From positions 248,001-312,000 of the IMG/VR virus record IMGVR_UViG_3300031669_000001: DNA of 64,000 bases; one strand, given 5' to 3'. The notes under the pieces were generated by a model. It was not told where the DNA came from and did not search any database. It worked only from the letters and a program-made list of their open reading frames with translations. Shown here one piece after another: positions 28,535 to 38,178 of this stretch (position 1 is its first letter; every line of letters starts with the position of its first letter). The position numbers were made by a program, and so were the translations under genes.

Positions 28535-29251
28535 TTATATTTTTATTTTATCATCTTCCGTAAGAAATTTACATTTTTCAAAATGCCATTGGTTCATGGT
28601 ATTTTTGGATATTTCTCGTTTACAATGAGGACATTGAATTTTCAGGTGGGATGCAGCTATCATCTTTTTCATCTGTTCAGGAGATGAAGTATTTTTACGT
28701 TCTTTATTTGAAGCAATAATACTTTCACGATGATTGGTGGATATAATGCGCTTCTCTCCTTTACGATGTTTACCTTTGCCGCCGATAGACATTTTAGTGA
28801 GTGTCTCAACAGAACGATTTTGTTGAGCTAACGACATTTTGGTACGAGTTTCAACAGAAATGTTTTGTTTAGCGATCTTCATTCTTGCACGTGATTCGGC
28901 AGAATGTTTTCGTCCTGTCATTTTAGCGATCGTTTCCGCGGTATGCCCTGAACTACCACCCCAGATTCCATTTTCAGGCATTAAATTAAGCCATAAATCT
29001 GATTTCACAATGTCTTGATGTTCACTAAACATTAGCGCAAACTTTGTGAGCTCTTCCTGCTCAGTGAACAGACAATACCAAAGAGTCTCTACATACTCGC
29101 GACCATGTTTCTTAATATGACGTTTCCAACGTTTCCCTGATCCAAGGTATTGGAATTTAGAAAGATCACCCGTAGTCTTACCGAAATAACACTTTCCTGT
29201 GATAGAATGCAGCTTGATATAAAGATAGGTAGGTCTAAAGTTAATCGTTAT
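28535..29251 (-). mobile_element. Free-standing GIY-YIG-like homing endonuclease with NUMOD3-type repeats; non-AUG start
   Basis: The frame is open 73 codons upstream of the annotated ATG: (I)TINFRPTYLYIKLHSITGKCYFGKT...YLGSGKRWKRHIKKHG. C-terminus has HTAETIAKM/HSAESRARM repeats and CPHC. Confidence 0.75.
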
Positions 29252-29783
29252 TGATCTCCAAAATCAGATTAAAGCCCTCACTACGAGACGGAGCGACATA
29301 CGAATTGAACATGTTCTTCAGCACAAAAGGAGGGATTACTTTCCCCGTCAAGGCTGCACGTGCATCAAGACGAGCTTGCAACACCTTGTCATCGCAGGTG
29401 AAGTTCAGACAAATCTTGTTGTACGAGTCTGGTACTACGGCAAGTTTCGACGTGCGAGCCTTGCGACCCATGTTTGTTTGATCGTGGAAGATGTTCTTGC
29501 GAGCTAGGATAGCTTTAGCGATCTGCTCTTCCATCTCACGCTTAACCTTCTTCTGATTCACTTTGTGAAAAGCTTCGGAGTACGTCAACCCCATCTTCGC
29601 AGCTTCGATTTCGACTAGGTCGTCCGTCGATGCCAAGATGAATGGATTACACGCACCGTTAGATTCTTCTTGAAGTTTCTTCAAGAATGTAGATTTGCCT
29701 ACACCAGGAGCGCCGACCATCATGACGTATGACGGTGTTTGCCATTCCTGAAGTAAACGCTGGATTGCTGTAGATGGTTTCAT
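29241..29783 (-). CDS. P-loop kinase (polynucleotide kinase / AAA_33 type)
   Basis: MMVGAPGVGKST, STDD, DQTN...R, R...TGK.IP...EGF. Confidence 0.85.
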   Translation of the reverse strand: MKPSTAIQRLLQEWQTPSYVMMVGAPGVGKSTFLKKLQEESNGACNPFILASTDDLVEIEAAKMGLTYSEAFHKVNQKKVKREMEEQIAKAILARKNIFHDQTNMGRKARTSKLAVVPDSYNKICLNFTCDDKVLQARLDARAALTGKVIPPFVLKNMFNSYVAPSRSEGFNLILEINND

Positions 29784-29789
29784 ACAGGC

Positions 29790-29818
29790 ATTATATCAAA
29801 GTGTAACGTGAAAGTAAA
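29790..29818 (-). promoter_or_regulatory. Early promoter
   Basis: TTTACT-N17-TATAAT. Confidence 0.85.
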
Positions 29819-30334
29819 CTAAAGTTTGAGTTTCTTCAGTTCTTTGATCGTCTTAGCAGCGCTGACGTGTAGAATTCCTATTCCACCTGCAGCTACCCAA
29901 GGATCAATGGACTTGGAACGATCGTCTATCAGAATAGAATGTTCGTTTGCATACTTTGACTTTTCCTTAGACTGTCTTACAAACAGCGCTCTCTTAGCAG
30001 CTTCGTATCCGAGGTGCTTCTTTACCCACTCTCGCTTTTCTTCAGCTGCCCTTGGAGTGTGTCCTGTCGAAGATAGGACAATCGGATCATACTTCTTAAT
30101 GTGATTCCAAAGCACCATAGCGTCTGGCATTAAGTCCATGTGCTCGAAGAACTTTTTACCAGAACGAGCTCTCTTGTCAAGCTCCTTAAAGAATTCACTC
30201 GTCTCTCTATCGTCGGCCTTGTCGAGATCGATGCCAGTAACTTCTTTAGCCTTCTTCATGAAGTCTGCCAAGACTCCATCTAGGTCCACGTAGACGGTGT
30301 AGTGATTTGGATTTAAGATTTCCGTAAGCTTCAT
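29819..30334 (-). CDS. HAD-superfamily 5'(3')-nucleotidase-like phosphatase with MKLTEIL N-terminus
   Basis: YVDLDGVLADF motif I; LSST; KREWV; ILIDDR motif IV. Confidence 0.85.
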   Translation of the reverse strand: MKLTEILNPNHYTVYVDLDGVLADFMKKAKEVTGIDLDKADDRETSEFFKELDKRARSGKKFFEHMDLMPDAMVLWNHIKKYDPIVLSSTGHTPRAAEEKREWVKKHLGYEAAKRALFVRQSKEKSKYANEHSILIDDRSKSIDPWVAAGGIGILHVSAAKTIKELKKLKL

Positions 30335-30618
30335 CTTGTTTTTAGAACCTTTAATGTATGACTGAACGAAGAACCCTTCGCGTGCATGTGATCTTTGACG
30401 GCTTTCTTAATTGAATCTTTGAACTTTCCAGGGATGACCTCATCAAAATCTCCATCAAAGAAGTGCCAGCTTCCCTGATCTTCATCCTTTGGAAGAGTTG
30501 CGTGATGATCACCAGGCGCGTACTCTACGGATGAATTTCTATTGAGGGTGTAGGTGTTCTTTCCACCCGGAACTAGAGGAAAGCCTACTTTTCTTTGAAC
30601 TATTTCTGTAAGCTTCAT
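30331..30618 (-). CDS. Hypothetical protein with MKLTEIV N-terminus
   Basis: Shares the first 6 residues (MKLTEI) with the neighbouring HAD gene. Confidence 0.6.
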   Translation of the reverse strand: MKLTEIVQRKVGFPLVPGGKNTYTLNRNSSVEYAPGDHHATLPKDEDQGSWHFFDGDFDEVIPGKFKDSIKKAVKDHMHAKGSSFSHTLKVLKTR

Positions 30619-30721
30619 GCTACCACCACAGGGTGAAGGATTGAGCGATTATAGGCGCTGACGAGTTGAAGTTTGTAATTTTTTGGAATAAAAGAAACAC
30701 GAGATCATCCTAAGTGATGAT

Positions 30722-30955
30722 CTATTTACTCTTTCTATTCCTTCGACGAGATTTTTGGGATAGCTTGCGCAGTCGCTTGCGATTTGATGGTTTCGGTTTG
30801 CCTATAGGTCCTACATAATCCTGCACGCTGCCATTTATGATGTTGTCGTCATCGTTCCTGATTCTTAATGGATAGATAGGAACATCTTCGTAGATTGGAG
30901 GCGCACAAACTACTGACGCGATAGCTAACATTGCTAGAGTTTTTTGAATTGTCAT
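30722..30955 (-). CDS. Hypothetical protein; its 3' end contains an AGTAAATA late-like box (30723-30730)
   Basis: 77-aa ORF with a basic tail. Confidence 0.5.
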   Translation of the reverse strand: MTIQKTLAMLAIASVVCAPPIYEDVPIYPLRIRNDDDNIINGSVQDYVGPIGKPKPSNRKRLRKLSQKSRRRNRKSK

Positions 30956-31401
30956 TCTGCTACCCTATCAATGCTTTCGAGAAATTTTGTTTGTAAGATG
31001 TGACGGATTGAATAGACAGCTTCAATGTATGCAAATCGATAAGGATATGAACGAGTGTGATACTTGACGCGAGTGCTGAGAGAAGCGTTGAGGTAAACTT
31101 TCTTTAACTTCTTTGCAGCCTCTATTGCAGCGTCGAGACATTCTGAGTGCAAAACGCGGACTAAACGATCTTCCTCACTCATCGGGTTAAATGTGCCGTA
31201 GACTCGCTTGATTCTCTCGATTGTTTTTGAGGCCTTAAGCTCTGCAATTTCAGCTTCAAGTTCCTCGATTCGACTCAACAGTTGATAACGTTCTGATTCT
31301 TGTTGCTCACATTCCTGAACAGCGGCCGCACCGTGTCGTGGGCAATCTGGATCTTCCGCGATGAAGCGTCCACCAATTTGATAGCATTCACAACTGTCCA
31401 T
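30952..31401 (-). CDS. Hypothetical protein (CxC...CPxH N-terminus)
   Basis: 149-aa ORF after the promoter at 31431. Confidence 0.6.
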   Translation of the reverse strand: MDSCECYQIGGRFIAEDPDCPRHGAAAVQECEQQESERYQLLSRIEELEAEIAELKASKTIERIKRVYGTFNPMSEEDRLVRVLHSECLDAAIEAAKKLKKVYLNASLSTRVKYHTRSYPYRFAYIEAVYSIRHILQTKFLESIDRVAE

Positions 31402-31430
31402 GTTACTCTCTGCTCAATTTCGATGGAGTA

Positions 31431-31458
31431 ATTATATCACAGGTGTGAAAAAAGTAAA
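31431..31458 (-). promoter_or_regulatory. Early promoter
   Basis: TTTACT-N16-TATAAT; shares TGATATAATTACTCCATC with 32324. Confidence 0.75.
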
Positions 31459-31461
31459 CAG

Positions 31462-31764
31462 TTAAATGCTGCTTTCTTCTTTGAGAGGTCGGCGATATTC
31501 ATCGAGACCGATGCGTCGAAGATTTGAGTAATCATTGAGCATAAAGGCCAGCATTAAAATTGCAACGTAAGAATACAGAGCAAAATCTTTGATGAAGTGA
31601 CCATTGACTCCTAGAATTTTGAGAAGTGGAATAGAGATCAACAAGTGACCGCCCAACAAAACTCCAAAGATTCGAAAAATGTCATTGTACCAGAGCCAGA
31701 TCCAAGCCCGCTTTAGCTTGTTGGTTTCTGGTACCAATTCATTGCCGTAATAATCTACGTCCAT
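31462..31764 (-). CDS. Membrane protein (start MDVDYY)
   Basis: Two TM segments. Confidence 0.5.
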   Translation of the reverse strand: MDVDYYGNELVPETNKLKRAWIWLWYNDIFRIFGVLLGGHLLISIPLLKILGVNGHFIKDFALYSYVAILMLAFMLNDYSNLRRIGLDEYRRPLKEESSI

Positions 31765-31801
31765 TATTTTGGTCCTTCTGCGATCTTGGATAGTTTGAGT
31801 G

Positions 31802-32293
31802 TCATACACATATCTCCACGAATTCCACGCCGTCAACTTTCTGAACTGCGATGTACTTGCTGATCTTACGATCTTCGTAGTAGGTTCCGAAAGCATTATT
31901 GGGGGTTTCTTGCAAAACAGATACGTTCAATGGCAAATTTTTGCCGGCTTCACGACGGATAACTTCCAGGTGAGCGATGAGCTCATCAAGGGTTTCGACG
32001 TCATTTGTTTCCTTGTCATCTACTGCACACTTGGCACATGCGTTATTGACGCCGTGCTCATCTGCACAGCTAACTGGAGTGTCGTATTTTTCAATGACAT
32101 AGTCGCTCCAGCCTGGAATAGGCTGTGCAAGATTGGCTTGATCCCAACCGCGATACCAATGTTCAGCGGCCTTCAAAGAATCGGGTGTAGAATCTTTACC
32201 TTCAGGCAATAAAATTTCAATTGGAACCAAGCGAACCCTTCCAGCCTTAAATGCTCTTTGACCGGCTAAACGATACGAGTCGAAAGTTGACAT
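31802..32293 (-). CDS. Hypothetical protein (start MSTFDS)
   Basis: GGAGG RBS; promoter at 32324. Confidence 0.6.
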   Translation of the reverse strand: MSTFDSYRLAGQRAFKAGRVRLVPIEILLPEGKDSTPDSLKAAEHWYRGWDQANLAQPIPGWSDYVIEKYDTPVSCADEHGVNNACAKCAVDDKETNDVETLDELIAHLEVIRREAGKNLPLNVSVLQETPNNAFGTYYEDRKISKYIAVQKVDGVEFVEICV

Positions 32294-32323
32294 GTGAACC
32301 TCCAATCAATTTATGATGGAGTA

Positions 32324-32351
32324 ATTATATCATAGTGCAGCAGAAAGTAAA
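32324..32351 (-). promoter_or_regulatory. Early promoter
   Basis: TTTACT-N16-TATAAT. Confidence 0.75.
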
Positions 32352-32564
32352 TCAATTTTTAAGCTTTTTCAGCTTATTTTCACGAGCGATACGCTGCTTC
32401 TCACGCTGAACTAAGATTTCTGTCCATTCCTCTTCTGTCACGCTTGACTTCAGAATTACATCCCATGCATCTTCTGTAAGAATAGGAGTCATGATGTAAC
32501 CGCACCACCTCATCCATGGAAGGAGAGTGACGTAGGACTGTGATTCAAAGTGCCAGACTAGCAT
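32352..32564 (-). CDS. Hypothetical protein
   Basis: 70-aa ORF; start uncertain. Confidence 0.45.
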   Translation of the reverse strand: MLVWHFESQSYVTLLPWMRWCGYIMTPILTEDAWDVILKSSVTEEEWTEILVQREKQRIARENKLKKLKN

Positions 32565-32932
32565 TTGACGAATCCATAACGAATCAACATGATAGGACTC
32601 GATCCGTCAGACCACTTACAATCAACCTTGATAGCAAGCTGATTGAATCTTTTTGCTCCGCGATTAGCATCGAAGTACATTTCCTCCTCTACCCAATCGC
32701 TAACCCATGTCAGATTGTTATCGTGAATGATCTGATCTGACCTTGACAGGCTTAGCTTGAGATGTCCACACCAAACTTCAACGAGATTATAACCATCATC
32801 TCGTATCGTAACGTAGAATCTGTTCAGTCTAATCTTGACAACTTCGTAAAGTTGTCCTACTCGCAGTCTAGGTGGTTTATCGAAGTAAGGCATCGATGTC
32901 AGCGTAACTGGAGAACCGATTTCCAAGTTCAT
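32558..32932 (-). CDS. Hypothetical protein
   Basis: 124-aa ORF coupled to the CoaE-CoaD stop. Confidence 0.55.
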   Translation of the reverse strand: MNLEIGSPVTLTSMPYFDKPPRLRVGQLYEVVKIRLNRFYVTIRDDGYNLVEVWCGHLKLSLSRSDQIIHDNNLTWVSDWVEEEMYFDANRGAKRFNQLAIKVDCKWSDGSSPIMLIRYGFVKC

Positions 32933-34020
32933 TTGTGAACGTCCTTGAGCTTTTCAAGAACACACTTTGAAACGTAAGGAGCTGCAACTCTCTCCCACTC
33001 TCGAAGCGCTAAGGCCCCCTTGATCAGAGAAGAACTAATCTCTATCAGTTCACGAGGCGTCATCAAGAAGATCGTTTCAATCTCAGGCGCTATCTTCTTC
33101 TGAAGAAGGTTCAATTGATTTTCATACTCAAGGTCTGTAGCGCCTCGAAGTCCCCTGAAGATAAACTTTGCGCCTGAGTTTGCTGCGTAACTAACGATCA
33201 GTTCGTCGGATGGAATGAAGTCGATTGTGACTCTCGCCATTTGTTCAGGTGACAGGACTTCTTGTAACGTGCACTTTACTAGCTGCGATCTCGTCTCATC
33301 ATCGAAAAGGTATTTCTTAGATGGGTTTGATGCTACAGCGACGATGATATAGTCCACTATATCAAGCGCTCTTTGAATGACCCAGGTGTGTCCCAGTGTA
33401 ATCGGATCGAATGATCCAGACACTATACCGATCTTCTTTCCCTTCAGCTGCTTCTTACGCATGAGGTCAAGAGCTTTCTTTATCTCCAATTGAAGATAAT
33501 TTTCTTCATGTATCGCTCTTATTCCATTGTAGATTATCGCATCGCTAACCGCAAATCTATGTTCGTCTGTAGTTTGAGATTCCATGATAGCCAAAATTTG
33601 ATCTTGTGATCGTCCATCTCTATCACTCACTCGCTGAATCTGTAAGCTAGGGGGAGACACCACTGAGATTACAAAGTCAAACCTTGAAATCAACGTTGGA
33701 GCGTTCTCAACTAATAACGGGAACTCTAGGATAAAGTCATTCCTTTGCATAAGAGTTTCAATCTTCCTAGAGATTATGTCATGAAAGATGAATTCAAGCT
33801 CTTTCATCGCTTGCTTATCTGCAAAAACAATATCACGTATCTTTAATCGATCGCTTGTTCCAAATTCCAGCCTTAAAGCGCTGCATATTTCTGGATTATC
33901 ATACGCATCCCTTACAAATTCATCTATGCTAAAGACGTGATGATTTGGAAGAGCGTCAGCTAACAACTGACATACTGTTGATTTGCCTGAACCTATCCCA
34001 CCTGTTACTACGATCTTCAT
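32929..34020 (-). CDS. coaE-coaD: Fusion of dephospho-CoA kinase (CoaE, N-terminal) and phosphopantetheine adenylyltransferase (CoaD, C-terminal)
   Basis: MKIVVTGGIGSGKSTV...RDIVFAD...PLLVE...QIQRVSDRDG...SQ (CoaE); GSFDPITLGH, NPSKKYLF, FRGLRGATDLEYE, ISSSLIK (CoaD). Confidence 0.9.
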   Translation of the reverse strand: MKIVVTGGIGSGKSTVCQLLADALPNHHVFSIDEFVRDAYDNPEICSALRLEFGTSDRLKIRDIVFADKQAMKELEFIFHDIISRKIETLMQRNDFILEFPLLVENAPTLISRFDFVISVVSPPSLQIQRVSDRDGRSQDQILAIMESQTTDEHRFAVSDAIIYNGIRAIHEENYLQLEIKKALDLMRKKQLKGKKIGIVSGSFDPITLGHTWVIQRALDIVDYIIVAVASNPSKKYLFDDETRSQLVKCTLQEVLSPEQMARVTIDFIPSDELIVSYAANSGAKFIFRGLRGATDLEYENQLNLLQKKIAPEIETIFLMTPRELIEISSSLIKGALALREWERVAAPYVSKCVLEKLKDVHK

Positions 34021-34307
34021 GATATTTTTACCTCGAATGAAGTTTTGATTTCAGCTGGTGTTACCTTCAGCGCCAAAAAGTTCTTGTCACCATAAGTAGC
34101 AGATAAACGTTTTTTGATCTCATCTTCCCATTCTTGCTTTTCGGTGTACGCAACGTACTCTAAAAAGTGTTCTGTTGAAGCTGGATATCCGTGACCTGGA
34201 AAGTCAATGCTTCTCTGATCGCCTGGTATCGAGACAGAACGATTCTCGATGATCGCGTAGTGCTCTGTCTTTGGCACTTCACTTGTGTTATGGCAATATT
34301 TTATCAT
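34017..34307 (-). CDS. Hypothetical protein
   Basis: 96-aa ORF. Confidence 0.6.
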   Translation of the reverse strand: MIKYCHNTSEVPKTEHYAIIENRSVSIPGDQRSIDFPGHGYPASTEHFLEYVAYTEKQEWEDEIKKRLSATYGDKNFLALKVTPAEIKTSFEVKIS

Positions 34308-34681
34308 GGCTTTTTAGGTGGTGCTTTAATTGGTTTTGGTGTAGGACGATAATCAAAAATTTCATCTTTCGATGGAACAACTTCACAATCATCAAACCAG
34401 AAGCGGCTCAAACATCCTTTCTCGGTTCTCGGCTCCGTCAAGCTAACGTGATCGATGCTCTGGTCTGTATATCTTTTTGATGGTGCTGACCAAAGAGATA
34501 ATTTTCCGTCTTCATCAATGCAACCTGGTGCATATTCCCAATAAGTTTGTCTCCAGATGTATTGACCATTGCTAAGCATCGTCCACGGCCACCAGGCGTA
34601 ATGCTCTACGCCATAAATTTGTTCACGAAGCTCTAGTTGTCTTTCATAATGCTGCTGTTCAGTTGTTTTACCAAAGATCAT
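34304..34681 (-). CDS. Hypothetical protein
   Basis: 125-aa Trp-rich ORF. Confidence 0.55.
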   Translation of the reverse strand: MIFGKTTEQQHYERQLELREQIYGVEHYAWWPWTMLSNGQYIWRQTYWEYAPGCIDEDGKLSLWSAPSKRYTDQSIDHVSLTEPRTEKGCLSRFWFDDCEVVPSKDEIFDYRPTPKPIKAPPKKP

Positions 34682-35016
34682 TTTATTTCCTTTTCTGATT
34701 CTTTTGTTTCCTTTTCTGATTCTTCTGTCAATTCTTCAACTGATTCCTGCATCTCTTCGATCGTCTCGTTGACTTCTTCCATTGAAGATTTCACCTCTGT
34801 AAGCTCTACACCTTGGAGATTTACGGTTAACTGCAGGAAAAGCATTTGATAGATCGCCTCTAGCGATACTAACGTAGTGAGAACTAACAGGATATGATCA
34901 CGTCTGGATACGTCAAATAAGAACCACAGCCCCATTCCAGTGAAGAAGATGGTGTGTAGAATGATGGATTGAGTGGTGCCGATCCACTGAGTTATCTTTT
35001 TTGCTAAAGCTTCCAT
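34678..35016 (-). CDS. DUF1003-like membrane protein with acidic coiled-coil tail
   Basis: ITQWIGT..IILHTIFF...LLVLTTLVSLEAIYQMLFL. Confidence 0.65.
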   Translation of the reverse strand: MEALAKKITQWIGTTQSIILHTIFFTGMGLWFLFDVSRRDHILLVLTTLVSLEAIYQMLFLQLTVNLQGVELTEVKSSMEEVNETIEEMQESVEELTEESEKETKESEKEIK

Positions 35017-35024
35017 TTTCCATC

Positions 35025-35342
35025 CTAGTAAAGATTTTCTGAGAAGAGATTACCACCATTCAAGGTGTCACCACCACATCTTCTAAAAATTTGACCGTTC
35101 TTCTCCGCTATCACCCACGCTTCTTCACGAGTATGAAAGTCACCAAATTGATCTATGAATCCTTGAATAACTCGTTGTCGTTCTTTTTCTTCTTTCCAAC
35201 GATCTCCTAACAAGGCTATCTGCTCTCTCATCGTAGAATCATAGTGACGTGGACCAATTACAACAACGTCACCACACGCGCAAGCTGCACAAACTATCCT
35301 AGGTTCTGCCTTGCCTTCCCAATGTTCAGATCTTTTGATCAT
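35025..35342 (-). CDS. Conserved phage hypothetical protein
   Basis: GPRH...QGFIDQFGDFHTREEAW...LFSENLY. Confidence 0.6.
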   Translation of the reverse strand: MIKRSEHWEGKAEPRIVCAACACGDVVVIGPRHYDSTMREQIALLGDRWKEEKERQRVIQGFIDQFGDFHTREEAWVIAEKNGQIFRRCGGDTLNGGNLFSENLY

Positions 35343-35484
35343 TTTGGATGGAGAACTTCATCCATGACCATAAATGTTATGAAGGGACTTAAGAACACTC
35401 CGAGCTGTGCACCTATATCTCCATTGTTAAACATCACAAAGCAAAAGTAAACTATCCATGGAATAAAAGTAGCTATCAAAATCT

Positions 35485-35808
35485 TCATGTCTTCCTTACC
35501 CCTTGTTCCCATTTAGTTAACTTTTCAAGTGCTCTGAACTGTAGCAGCATTTCGATTTCTTCGTTTGACCACTCGCTATCTTTGTACATCAGGTGAATGA
35601 TGTCGACGACTGCTGCTATCACATCGACACACTCACCAATGATTCCATCAGGGCCCGGTTGCCGATTCTTGTGACCGCTAACGATTGCAATCTCTGTTGC
35701 AAGTTCTCCTACTTCTTCCATGAGCGTCATCAAGACGTCGCGAGGATCACGACCATTCTTTATCTTGTCGCTTGTTTCTAGAACTTGCGTTATCAGCGTG
35801 TTTGTCAT
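35485..35808 (-). CDS. MazG-like nucleotide pyrophosphohydrolase
   Basis: LMEEVGELA...IIGECVDVI acidic helical motif. Confidence 0.75.
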   Translation of the reverse strand: MTNTLITQVLETSDKIKNGRDPRDVLMTLMEEVGELATEIAIVSGHKNRQPGPDGIIGECVDVIAAVVDIIHLMYKDSEWSNEEIEMLLQFRALEKLTKWEQGVRKT

Positions 35809-35809
35809 G

Positions 35810-36613
35810 TTAGTTTTTTATAGGTCCATAGCAAAATGAATGTTGTGGAGAACATTTCTCTGGCGCGTCATACGGTTTGAACGTAGGGTCAGGTATTGGG
35901 TAGTTTGTTTCAGTCTGGTGAACCGCGTTACCGTCAAACATCTGTCCACACGTCTCAGAAACTTTTTCAGCTGAACCTACAGCGCCACTACATTGATCAT
36001 TCAACGCTTTTATCTTTGCTTCAAAATCTTTGATGCGCTGTACTAGAGCGTAATACTTTTTGAAATATTCTTTGCCCCTCGCATTTTCCGCGTAGCCTTT
36101 AACATCAAACTCTTTTACTGCTTGATTGAGAGTGGCTGCATCTTGATTGATAGTATCTCGTTCAGCGTTGACTTTGCTGGCTTCATCATCAACCTTTACC
36201 TTCCACTCATTGACTTTGTCAATCATTGGCTGTATTCTGGATCTTTCGCTGCTGCACCAGTTGTACGTGTTTTGATCAACTGTCCCGCTGCACGTTCCGT
36301 TGTAAGAGTCGGCCTGTTGATTCACGTCTTTCGCGTAAGCACGTTGCTGCTTGATTTCAGCAGCAACCTGATCGGTCCATGCATTGTGCGTAGCAAGATC
36401 TTTTTCATGGGTTGTGACTGCGCGCATGAGCAAATCTGCTGTGTCAAGTTGATGAGCTTGTTCGCTTTGAAGTTTTGTTCCTTCTTTATTCAAGATGTTG
36501 ATGTCTCGAATCGCGTCATGAATTGACGCGACGTATAGGCTTGCATTGGGAGCTGCGATCGCACATGTAATCGATCCCAGCAACAGAACTACGGCTGCTA
36601 TAATGTATTTCAT
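35810..36613 (-). CDS. Exported coiled-coil protein
   Basis: Signal peptide MKYIIAAVVLLLGSITCAIA; heptad repeats; Cys pairs. Confidence 0.65.
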   Translation of the reverse strand: MKYIIAAVVLLLGSITCAIAAPNASLYVASIHDAIRDINILNKEGTKLQSEQAHQLDTADLLMRAVTTHEKDLATHNAWTDQVAAEIKQQRAYAKDVNQQADSYNGTCSGTVDQNTYNWCSSERSRIQPMIDKVNEWKVKVDDEASKVNAERDTINQDAATLNQAVKEFDVKGYAENARGKEYFKKYYALVQRIKDFEAKIKALNDQCSGAVGSAEKVSETCGQMFDGNAVHQTETNYPIPDPTFKPYDAPEKCSPQHSFCYGPIKN

Positions 36614-36656
36614 TTTATTCTCCTACTAAAATACGGTTTAATCTTCCTAAGATAGG

Positions 36657-36689
36657 ATGTCTGGCGGTAAACCGCGGACCGCCAGACAT
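36657..36689. terminator. 12-bp GC-rich inverted repeat after nadV
   Basis: atgtctggcggt-aaaccgcgg-accgccagacat. Confidence 0.55.
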
Positions 36690-36693
36690 TTTC

Positions 36694-38178
36694 TTACGCG
36701 TAGGTGGTATCTGCCCGTGCCCAAGACTGTACTTCATCGAAGTCTTGGAAGCGTTTTTGCGCACCATCTTTTGACCACAATCTCCAGCCAGGACCATCAA
36801 CGAAGAAGGAAGCTGGGTTGGCAGTGCAATCACGAACCTCCAACTCACCGCTTTCCAGTTCGAAAGGACGAACCAAACCACGCAGAGACTTCTTGCCCAG
36901 GTCGGTGATTGGTTCTTTAACCAAAGACCTCCAACCGTTTGCATCCATCATCGCGATTGCCTTCATGCTGAAGCTGAAGTCATCGCGAGCACCTTCGTGG
37001 GTAACACCAGCACCCATACCCAAGGTCAGGCTGTCCATGCTGTAACCTTTGCTAGTGAATCCTTCCAGCACTGGCTCGATGGTGTTGATGCGGATTCCAT
37101 CACCTTGGATGACGGCGGTGCAAGGTGCCAAGACCTTGTAACCGGCTGCATTCTTGTGGACACCGAAGGTATCTTCGATGTCCTTTGCGACCCGCGCCGG
37201 CTCAACAGTTGCATCGCCAGAGTCAGGACGCATGACCATCACACCACCACTGTTCTCGATCTCTTCGCGGAAGGTTTCACCCATGTACTCACGAACGAAG
37301 CGGCGAGCATTGTAGGTGTCGATAACGACGCTCAACAGTGGGATGCCTATGCCGCGCTTAGTACGAGCAACAACGGCGTGCAGGCGTTTCACTGCCATCT
37401 TCGCGGCGCCGAAGTCATCACGCTTGTCAGCGTCGCTGTGCGCGCACATTACGCTGTGCTCAGTAGCTTCAACGCTTGAGGTGTATGGCTTGTTGGAGAA
37501 AACGGTGTTCTTGTTGAACAGAGCTTTGATGTAACTGTTTGCGCGAGTGCAATCGCTACCATCGAACATCGCTGCGTGAGCGATACCCGCGATGACAGCA
37601 GCTTCATCTGGACTGTCTGCACCACGATCGCCGAAGTTGTGCAGCTTGTAATTCAGCATTCCCATGTTGGCGCCGGTCTTCTGCATGTACTTGGCGATGA
37701 TGATGCGAGCTGCGCGGCAGGTACTTGCTACGGTAGACATCTTCCAGACGGTGCATTGAACGACAGTCTCGACATAAGTAGGCAACCAGGCAAAGAGATC
37801 GTGAGTATTGACGATACCCAGCACTGGAGTTTGAGGCTTGACGATACGACCTTCTTCAACTGCCCATACTTCCAGCGGCAGCTTGCCGTCCAAATAGTCG
37901 ACCATGTACTGCCAGTCGGCGCGGTTGAATTCGTATCCTTGTTGGGTGATTTCGATATCAGCTTCATCGACCATCCACTGTTCGATGCGCACTGAAGCCA
38001 AAAAGTTTGCTACGTAGGTTTGACCCATCGCGACGATCTTATCTGCGTACTTGCTGGGTTTACGTGGAACGATAGCTGCGTAAGAACGCAGAGTTCCGTC
38101 GGGCAATTCTTGCCAGTGACCAGCTTTGTAGCTGTCGCAGGCCAGAATAAAGTTGAAGCGCTTTATCATTTGTAACAT
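36694..38178 (-). CDS. nadV: Nicotinamide phosphoribosyltransferase
   Basis: DSYKAGH, LHNFGDRG, EATEHSVM, SVVIDTYN, VMRPDSGD, VIQGDG, GMGAG, KEPITDLGKKS. Confidence 0.95.
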   Translation of the reverse strand: MLQMIKRFNFILACDSYKAGHWQELPDGTLRSYAAIVPRKPSKYADKIVAMGQTYVANFLASVRIEQWMVDEADIEITQQGYEFNRADWQYMVDYLDGKLPLEVWAVEEGRIVKPQTPVLGIVNTHDLFAWLPTYVETVVQCTVWKMSTVASTCRAARIIIAKYMQKTGANMGMLNYKLHNFGDRGADSPDEAAVIAGIAHAAMFDGSDCTRANSYIKALFNKNTVFSNKPYTSSVEATEHSVMCAHSDADKRDDFGAAKMAVKRLHAVVARTKRGIGIPLLSVVIDTYNARRFVREYMGETFREEIENSGGVMVMRPDSGDATVEPARVAKDIEDTFGVHKNAAGYKVLAPCTAVIQGDGIRINTIEPVLEGFTSKGYSMDSLTLGMGAGVTHEGARDDFSFSMKAIAMMDANGWRSLVKEPITDLGKKSLRGLVRPFELESGELEVRDCTANPASFFVDGPGWRLWSKDGAQKRFQDFDEVQSWARADTTYA

